Source: an uncultured Chthoniobacterales bacterium
Lineage (GTDB): Bacteria; Verrucomicrobiota; Verrucomicrobiia; Chthoniobacterales; JAFAMB01
Assembly (NCBI GenBank): GCA_964252355.1
Contig: CAXUNV010000003.1
Location: 1-42,392, forward strand
Direction: 5' to 3'
Length of the DNA: 42,392 bases
The notes beneath the pieces were generated by a model. It was not told the origin of the DNA. It worked only from the letters and a program-made list of their open reading frames with translations, and did no database searches. Positions 36,761 to 42,392 of the stretch are shown here, one piece after another; position 1 is the first letter of the stretch; each line of letters begins with the position of its first letter. Position numbers and translations under genes: made by a program.

Positions 36761-37729
36761 TCAGCGTGGCGCGCCGGCGACGGTCGCCACCGGCACGGGC
36801 GACGGCTGGCGCGGGCGCGCCTCCCGGTACCAAGCCGCCAGATCCCGCGGCAGCGCGTGCCAGAACACGCCCGGGTAAGCGTCGGTCAAATGGGTAAGCA
36901 GGTCGCTGTAAATGGCGGCGGGGAACTGACGTTCCGAGCAAGCCTTGCCGTCAAACGCGAGGTAATCCGGATGCACGTTGACCAACACCATCCCGCCGTG
37001 CGCGGCCACCCAATCCGCCTTGCTCTTCCAGAGGTCGGCTGACCGGTGCTTGAACAACAGAAACAGGGTCGAGTCTTGCGGCAAGGTGTAGGGCAGTTCT
37101 ACATAACCTTGCCGAGGGGCGTCCGCCGGCACCCAAAATGGGAAGATGGTGCCCACGCCGTCAGGCTGCGGTTCAAAGGGGTCCGTGTCGAACGTGGACG
37201 CGTCGTATTCCAAGTGGAGCTCGCCAATCCAGGCGAGGTTGTGAAACATGAATCCAGCCCGGAAGCCGAGGGCGCGCCACTCGTGGAGGTAACGATTGAT
37301 GGTCGGGGCTTGGCGGCGGAAGTCCGCCTCGGAACGGAAGAGCGAACCGTCGTGATGAAGGTCGTGAACGCCCACCTCAAAACCGTTTGCCCGTAGCCAA
37401 GCGAACAACTCCAACGGGGGCGGGTACTCACCTTCCGGGATGAAGTTGAACGATGAACGGAAACCGAGGTTCATCTCCAGCCGGGCTAACGCTTCCACGC
37501 GCTCGACACCCGCTCGCCCCTCCACGTCGTGCGAGAGGGCCACGGCGAAACGCTTGCCCTGGGGCCAGCCCGGCCAGCCTTCTGGGGCGACGCCGGCGCC
37601 TGGAGCAATGGGCCAAACCGCTTGAGCGTCACGGGCGGTGCGGGCGGCCAACCATCGACGGAACGCCAGCCGCAGGCGCCAGGGAACGTGGGGTTTGACG
37701 ACGTAATAAAGGGTTCGGGCAAGACTCAT
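36761..37729 (-). CDS. Putative polysaccharide deacetylase-like (CE4/NodB-type motifs) protein
   Basis: The ATG at 37729 gives MSLARTLYYV... ALSHDVEG is like NodB motif 1, and FEVGVHDLHHDG is a His-rich motif 2-like site. I have no stronger family assignment. Confidence 0.45.
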   Translation of the reverse strand: MSLARTLYYVVKPHVPWRLRLAFRRWLAARTARDAQAVWPIAPGAGVAPEGWPGWPQGKRFAVALSHDVEGRAGVERVEALARLEMNLGFRSSFNFIPEGEYPPPLELFAWLRANGFEVGVHDLHHDGSLFRSEADFRRQAPTINRYLHEWRALGFRAGFMFHNLAWIGELHLEYDASTFDTDPFEPQPDGVGTIFPFWVPADAPRQGYVELPYTLPQDSTLFLLFKHRSADLWKSKADWVAAHGGMVLVNVHPDYLAFDGKACSERQFPAAIYSDLLTHLTDAYPGVFWHALPRDLAAWYREARPRQPSPVPVATVAGAPR

Positions 37730-38019
37730 GCCGGTGGGTTCGTGTGCGAAGTTGGTGGTTTGCGCAGTGCACGCCGCCACGCCGATCGGGCAAGCAAGAG
37801 CCTGAGCCCCGATTGGTCACCTTGGGAGCGGATACCTCGATGGCGAACCGACGCCTGAGGCCGGCGATGGCACGGCCGATATCCCCTCGCGTGCGGGGTT
37901 TCCACGCGGGCCAGAAAGGAACAAACCCGGGCGGCACCGCCGCGGCACGCGCGCCCTACCCAGAGGTGCAACTAACAAGGATGTGCCAGCGCCCGTACCC
38001 GTCGGCTGGACGCTACGAA

Positions 38020-39135
38020 TCAGTCAAGGTGCGGATAGATCAGCTTGCCCGCCCACCGGTCAATGCCTGGGGGTAACCGGCGAAACATGGCGTGCTTGAG
38101 GCGCGAGGCCTTCCCGTTTTCTGGAGCCACCGTATGACCGTCGGCATTCCAACGCCAATACGCGACTTCTTCTTCTTTGGTGCCCCAGGTGAGCTTGAAA
38201 TTGCGCAGGCCGTCGTTGTCGGCCGACGTCCGACCCAACTCCAAGGTCTCTGCGCCGGTTTCGGTGAGGTGCTGAATGCCGCTCCAGAGGGCCAGGTGAC
38301 CCGCGCAGAGTTCACGAAACCGCTCGTCGGAAGCAGAAAACTTATAGAGCGCACGGGTGCCGACCCGCAGGAACATCGTCCCGGCGATCGGCAGTTCACC
38401 CCGTTTGACGATGACCAAGAATCCAAAATTCCGGCTGATCAGCTCCTCGTGGATCTTTTGGAAGAAGGCAAAGGATTGGACGGGCACGCCGAGTTTGCGC
38501 CGCGTCCGAACGTGCAGTCGGTAGAACTCGGACAAAGCGCCGTGCTCGTGGCTGATGCGCGTCTTGAGTTCGTTCCGTTCCGCCTTGCGGAGGTGTCCGC
38601 GCAGAGAGGATTTCAACCCCGCGAAGATCGCCGGCAAACCCGGGCGGAGGTCAAGTGAATGGCCGTAATAGCAGACAACGGGCTGGCCCGATGGGTGGAA
38701 CAGGCCGGAACCGCGAACCTCGACGTATTTCCAACGACGTTCCCGGACCAATCGCCACCAGCCATCCAGGAGACCCCTGGGGACATCCGGCGTGAAGGTC
38801 AGTGGGCCGCACGCGTCACTGAACGGCAGGCAAACGCCCCGTGCGCCGGTCAACGGGCTGCGAACGTCCATGCACGGGATCAGAGCCAACGGATCGTCAT
38901 CTCGAAGGATGGCCGTGTAAACCGGTTTATGCCCATAGGGCCCGGAGAGAACCCGAGCCCACGCCGAGGTGTGGAACACCGTCGCATCCGGGTGGGACCG
39001 CACCCAGGCGTCCCAACGGCCGTCTTGGTGCGGGTCGACGAGTTCCAGGCGCGCAATTCGCGACGGTTTCGCCTCGGAGAGACCGCGGGCGGGTGGGGCC
39101 TGCTCGATGGCAGAAGTTGCCGGGGAGGAGATCAT
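38020..39135 (-). CDS. FemAB-like / GNAT-fold acyl(aminoacyl)transferase of the type found in PEP-CTERM EPS loci
   Basis: FHTSAWARVL..., RKAERNELK, FYRLHVRTRRKLGVPVQSFAFF, LYKFSASDERFRELCAGHLALW, and LELGRTS..NDGLRNFKLTWG, a typical FemAB-family C-terminal block. Confidence 0.7.
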   Translation of the reverse strand: MISSPATSAIEQAPPARGLSEAKPSRIARLELVDPHQDGRWDAWVRSHPDATVFHTSAWARVLSGPYGHKPVYTAILRDDDPLALIPCMDVRSPLTGARGVCLPFSDACGPLTFTPDVPRGLLDGWWRLVRERRWKYVEVRGSGLFHPSGQPVVCYYGHSLDLRPGLPAIFAGLKSSLRGHLRKAERNELKTRISHEHGALSEFYRLHVRTRRKLGVPVQSFAFFQKIHEELISRNFGFLVIVKRGELPIAGTMFLRVGTRALYKFSASDERFRELCAGHLALWSGIQHLTETGAETLELGRTSADNDGLRNFKLTWGTKEEEVAYWRWNADGHTVAPENGKASRLKHAMFRRLPPGIDRWAGKLIYPHLD

Positions 39136-39139
39136 GGAC

Positions 39140-40306
39140 TCAGGCAGGGAGCGGGACGGGCGCTAGAGCGCGTCTGGCGCTTAGGTGGCGTCGGCGCCCC
39201 CGGTGGCCGACGGCCTTGGCCAACGTGCGCACCACCAAGCCGCGCTGGAAGGAGGTAAGCTCGGGGTACATCGGCAACGACAGGAATTCGTCCGCGCACC
39301 GTTCGGCGACCGGGAACGATCCCCTGCCCTGCCCCAGGAACCGGTAGGCGTCCTGCAAATGGATCGGCACCGGATAATGGATGGCGCAACCGACGCCCGC
39401 GGCGTGCAGCTCACCCATCACCCGTTCGCGCTCGCGGACCCGCACGGCGTAAATGTGGTAGACGTGGGAGCGGTCGGGCGCGGCCAACGGAGCACGGACG
39501 GCCCCGATCTCCCGTAACGCTTCGTCGTAGGCGGCGGCATGGGCCCGGCGGCGCGCGTTGGCCTCTTCGAGACGGCGAAGCTTGACCTGCAACACGGCAC
39601 CCTGGATCCCGTCCATCCGGGCGTTCCAACCGACCATCGTGTGGTGATACTTGCGGATCTGACCGTGGTCGCGCAGGACGCGGATTTTGCTGGCCAACTC
39701 TGCGTCGCCGGTGGTCACCGCGCCGGCTTCGCCAAGCGCACCAAGGTTTTTCCCCGGATAGAAGCTGAAGCAGGCGGCGTCGCCCAGCGTGCCCACCCGC
39801 TGACCCTGGTACTCGGCACCGTGTGCCTGGGCGGCGTCCTCGATCACCGCCAGGGAATGAGCTCGCGCGACGGCGACGATGGCGTCCATGTCCGCCGGTT
39901 GACCAAACAGTTGGACCGGAATAACGGCCTTGGTGCGCGGGGTGATGGCGGCTGCCAACCCGTCTGGATCCATCGTGTACGTCTCCTCGGAGACGTCGAC
40001 GAACACCGGTCTGGCACCGCAGTAAGTGATCGCCTCGGCGGTGGCCATGAAACTGTTGGGTACCGTGATGACCTCGTCACCAGGGCCGATGCCGAGGGCC
40101 AGAAGCACCAGCCAAAGTGCCTCCGTGCCGCTCCCCACCCCGATGGCGTGAGGCGCGCGGCAAAACGCTGCAAAGTCCTTTTCAAAGGCCTCCACGTGCG
40201 GGCCGCCGGCGAAGGAGCCTTCGTCGATGACCTGCCGGACGGCCTTTTGAAACTCGGCGCGAAGGGGCTGGTGATGGCGTTTAAGGTCGAGAAACGGAAC
40301 TTTCAT
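39140..40306 (-). CDS. DegT/DnrJ/EryC1/StrS-family PLP-dependent sugar aminotransferase (3-amino-sugar type, WbpE/QdtB-like)
   Basis: [19 protein letters not shown]...[26 protein letters not shown], and [16 protein letters not shown] (PLP lysine). Confidence 0.85.
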   Translation of the reverse strand: MKVPFLDLKRHHQPLRAEFQKAVRQVIDEGSFAGGPHVEAFEKDFAAFCRAPHAIGVGSGTEALWLVLLALGIGPGDEVITVPNSFMATAEAITYCGARPVFVDVSEETYTMDPDGLAAAITPRTKAVIPVQLFGQPADMDAIVAVARAHSLAVIEDAAQAHGAEYQGQRVGTLGDAACFSFYPGKNLGALGEAGAVTTGDAELASKIRVLRDHGQIRKYHHTMVGWNARMDGIQGAVLQVKLRRLEEANARRRAHAAAYDEALREIGAVRAPLAAPDRSHVYHIYAVRVRERERVMGELHAAGVGCAIHYPVPIHLQDAYRFLGQGRGSFPVAERCADEFLSLPMYPELTSFQRGLVVRTLAKAVGHRGRRRHLSARRALAPVPLPA

Positions 40307-40811
40307 CTTGATGGGAAGTTTTGTTCAGGAAGTGGAGGATGCGTGCCGGGTTGCCGGCGACCACGGCCCCTGGGGGCACGTCTTTGGTGACCACGCTGCC
40401 GGCTCCGACCACGGCTCGTTCACCGATGATGACCCCGCCGAGGATCGTCGCGCCGGAGCCAACGGAGGCGCCTTTGGCGACACGGGTCTGTTGGCAGGCC
40501 CAATCGGCGCCGGTTTGCAAACGTCCGTCCGAGTTGGTCGCCCGGGGGTACCGGTCGTTGATGAACGTCACCCCATGGCCGACGAAGACTTCATCTTCGA
40601 TGGTGACGCCTTCACAGATGAACGTGTGACTGGAAATCTTGCAACGTTCGCCCACGGTGGCGCCACGCTGGATTTCCACGAAAGTACCGATGCCGGTGTC
40701 GTCGCCGACGGAGCAGCCGTAGAGGTTGACAAAGGCGTGGATCTGCACGCCGCGCCCGCAGCGGACGTCCGGAGCGATGCGTTGGTAGGTGGGCAGAGCG
40801 GAAGCGTCCAT
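40281..40811 (-). CDS. LbH sugar N-acetyltransferase (WlbB/WbpD/QdtC-like)
   Basis: 176 aa, with hexapeptide repeats through [63 protein letters not shown]...[26 protein letters not shown]. It overlaps the downstream aminotransferase start by 26 nt. Confidence 0.75.
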   Translation of the reverse strand: MDASALPTYQRIAPDVRCGRGVQIHAFVNLYGCSVGDDTGIGTFVEIQRGATVGERCKISSHTFICEGVTIEDEVFVGHGVTFINDRYPRATNSDGRLQTGADWACQQTRVAKGASVGSGATILGGVIIGERAVVGAGSVVTKDVPPGAVVAGNPARILHFLNKTSHQDESSVSRP

Positions 40812-41005
40812 AAAGGGGAGCAGTTAAAGGTTAGACGTTTAGCGTTTGCCGTTTGGCGCTAGGTTCCCGTGTGGGGCGCACGTCCAACGTTGTCCGGACT
40901 TGGCGGCGGGTAAAGCTCCTCGCCTTGCCCTACCATCCTTGGGCGGTGGCTGCGACCTACCGCAAACGGCGAATCGCAAACGTGAAACGAAGGACAGTTT
41001 AGTCG

Positions 41006-42392
41006 TCAGGATCCCGGCTGGAAAACCACGTCGATCCAATAGTTGGAGTTGGCGTAGGAGTTGGTCGGGAAAACCGACGCATTTCCATAGGCATAAACCC
41101 CATTGACCGTGGCCGGCGCGGTGAGTGGGCCGCTGGTTCGGGCCGAAGCGAAGTAGTTGCTATCAGCAACATAAGACCCGTCTGCGTGGTAGGAGACAAC
41201 GTAGTTGCTCCCAGCCGCCAGCGTGATCGGCGTAGCTAAGGTTACCTGTTGCCATCCCGAGGCACCTTCACCATTCGTCGTGGCCGAAGCGAGTAAGACG
41301 CCATTGGAGTCCCACAAGTTTACCGTATGCTGCAGTCCAGCCAGAGAACTTTTGTAGAATCGGACCGCCAGGACTTTGCCGGCCTGCGCCGAAGTGAAGA
41401 TCATCCCTAGCTCCACGGGGCTGTCCTGCACTGGCGTCGATGAGGCGGGCCCGTCTGTCGGCCGAAAGAGACTGACACTGGCGCTGACATTGAGCGAGAC
41501 CGTGGCAGAACCGTTTCCGCCATGACCGTTATCAACGACATAGACGAAACTGGCTGGGCCGGTGTACCCATTTGCGGGAGTAAACGTCACCGTTTGACCG
41601 TCTGCGGACAAGGCGACGGATCCGTTGGTGGCGGTGTTCGCACCGGTGACCGTCAGGTTGTAGCCACTGGGATCGTTGTCGTTCGCAAGGAGCGCTGCCG
41701 TTGGAATGGTCAAGGGCGTGTTCTGGCTCACGACAAACCCGCCATCTGGGTTAGCGACAGGCGCGCCGCCTCCCGATGTCTGCTCAAAGATCACGTCGAC
41801 CCAATAGTTGCTTGAGGCGTAGGTATTCTGTGGGAACGCAGCGCTGGTGCCATAGGCGAACACACCGTTCGTACCTGCAGGCGCCGTAAGCGGACCACTC
41901 GTGCGAGCCGATTGGAAATAGTTCTGATCTGCAGAATAGTTTCCTGACGTGTGATACGAGGCCACGTAGGTCTGGCCCGGAGCGACTGGGACTGGGTTGG
42001 AGAAGTAAACCTGCTGCCAGCCGCTCGCCGTCTCGCTCGTGAACGTCGCACTCGCCAATAAGCTGCCGGACGCATTCCAGAGGTGGGCGGTGTGGGTGCC
42101 GGTGTTTTGGGGCCCTTTGTAGAAGCTAAGGCCAATGATTTTGCCCGTGGTGGTGGTTTGAAACCGAACCCCGAGTTCCACCGAACTGTTTTCCGGAACC
42201 GTCACCGTCGTCGGGTGGTCGGACGCGCTGAACAGACTGAAGGTCGGCACGTTGACGGTGACGGTGACGGTGGCCGACTCGGTGCCGCCGTGACCGTTGG
42301 AGGCTTGGTAACTGAAGCTGCCCGTACCGCTGTAAGCCGGGTTGGGGAAGCCTGGGGCGGGCGTGAAGGTCACGGTCTGGGCGGAGGCGTCG
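41006..42392 (-). CDS. Large secreted/surface repeat protein, 5'-truncated by the window edge (alternating cadherin/Ig-like and DUF4082-like modules)
   Basis: The reading frame stays open to the window edge (…DASAQTVTFTPAPGF upstream of the track start, which is an internal GTG). There are two DUF4082-like modules (HTAHLWNASGSLLASATF..ASGWQQVYF...SNYWVDVIF and HTVNLWDSNGVLLASATT..ASGWQQVTL...SNYWIDVVF). They are separated by an Ig/cadherin-like module (PVANPDGGF...LLANDNDP...GQTVTFTPANGYTGPASFVYVV). Confidence 0.75.
   Translation of the reverse strand, partial: DASAQTVTFTPAPGFPNPAYSGTGSFSYQASNGHGGTESATVTVTVNVPTFSLFSASDHPTTVTVPENSSVELGVRFQTTTTGKIIGLSFYKGPQNTGTHTAHLWNASGSLLASATFTSETASGWQQVYFSNPVPVAPGQTYVASYHTSGNYSADQNYFQSARTSGPLTAPAGTNGVFAYGTSAAFPQNTYASSNYWVDVIFEQTSGGGAPVANPDGGFVVSQNTPLTIPTAALLANDNDPSGYNLTVTGANTATNGSVALSADGQTVTFTPANGYTGPASFVYVVDNGHGGNGSATVSLNVSASVSLFRPTDGPASSTPVQDSPVELGMIFTSAQAGKVLAVRFYKSSLAGLQHTVNLWDSNGVLLASATTNGEGASGWQQVTLATPITLAAGSNYVVSYHADGSYVADSNYFASARTSGPLTAPATVNGVYAYGNASVFPTNSYANSNYWIDVVFQPGS
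41027..42392 (-). repeat. Diverged intragenic tandem repeat, 765-nt (255-aa) period
   Basis: cacgtcgatccaatagttg at 41027 recurs as cacgtcgacccaatagttg at 41792. Colinear protein blocks are repeated with the same spacing. Confidence 0.7.

Noticed and set aside
42254-42271. A (GACGGT)x3 microsatellite-like tandem repeat.
   Set aside because: It simply encodes a TVTVTV beta-strand within the repeat protein. It is too short, and in frame, so there is no evidence of phase-variable function.
1-42392. Scan for tRNA/rRNA/tmRNA/RNase P/SRP signatures, CRISPR-like spaced direct repeats, IS terminal repeats, and transposase, integrase or defence-system genes.
   Set aside because: I found no T-loop-like GGTTCGA[AT]TCC contexts, no regularly spaced repeats, and no recombinase-like ORFs. 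Apart from VapBC I recognised no defence genes. A manual scan cannot exclude small ncRNAs.

Overview
This is a visibly GC-rich bacterial chromosomal window. I could not recognise any rRNA, tRNA, CRISPR array, transposase or integrase by eye.

**Left arm (1-7.1 kb):**
- a frameshifted winged-helix regulator remnant
- a fused ABC permease/ATPase (YddA/SbmA-BacA-like)
- a secreted GH2 glycosidase directly abutted by a GH1-like glycosidase
- a VapBC-type toxin-antitoxin pair (AbrB-fold antitoxin plus PIN toxin)

**Middle (7.1-14 kb):**
- a gene-poor stretch containing a sharp AT-rich island
- three tandem paralogues (the first truncated) of a secreted right-handed beta-helix protein family with conserved His/Cys/Asp motifs
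- a secreted protein with a PEP-CTERM-type sorting tail
- an aldo/keto reductase whose start codon sits inside a perfect 13-bp hairpin

**Right arm (15.3-40.8 kb):** one ~25.5 kb surface-glycan locus, entirely on the minus strand and tightly packed, with three ATGA stop/start overlaps. It encodes:
- an OPX (Wza-like) export protein
- a UDP-GlcNAc-type 6-dehydrogenase
- two DegT aminotransferases, two LbH acyltransferases and two SDR epimerase/dehydratases
- four GT2 and two GT4 glycosyltransferases
- a Wzm/Wzt ABC exporter
- a Wzy/O-antigen-ligase-like membrane protein
- an AsnB-like amidotransferase
- a Wzz/BY-kinase-like co-polymerase whose P-loop lacks the Walker A lysine
- a CE4-like deacetylase
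- a FemAB-like protein

This gene set matches the content described for PEP-CTERM/exosortase exopolysaccharide loci. However, no exosortase, initiating phosphoglycosyl transferase or Wzx flippase is present in the window. The window ends inside a large repeat protein that alternates cadherin/Ig-like and DUF4082-like modules.

All functional calls rest on motif recognition in the supplied translations. No database search was run.
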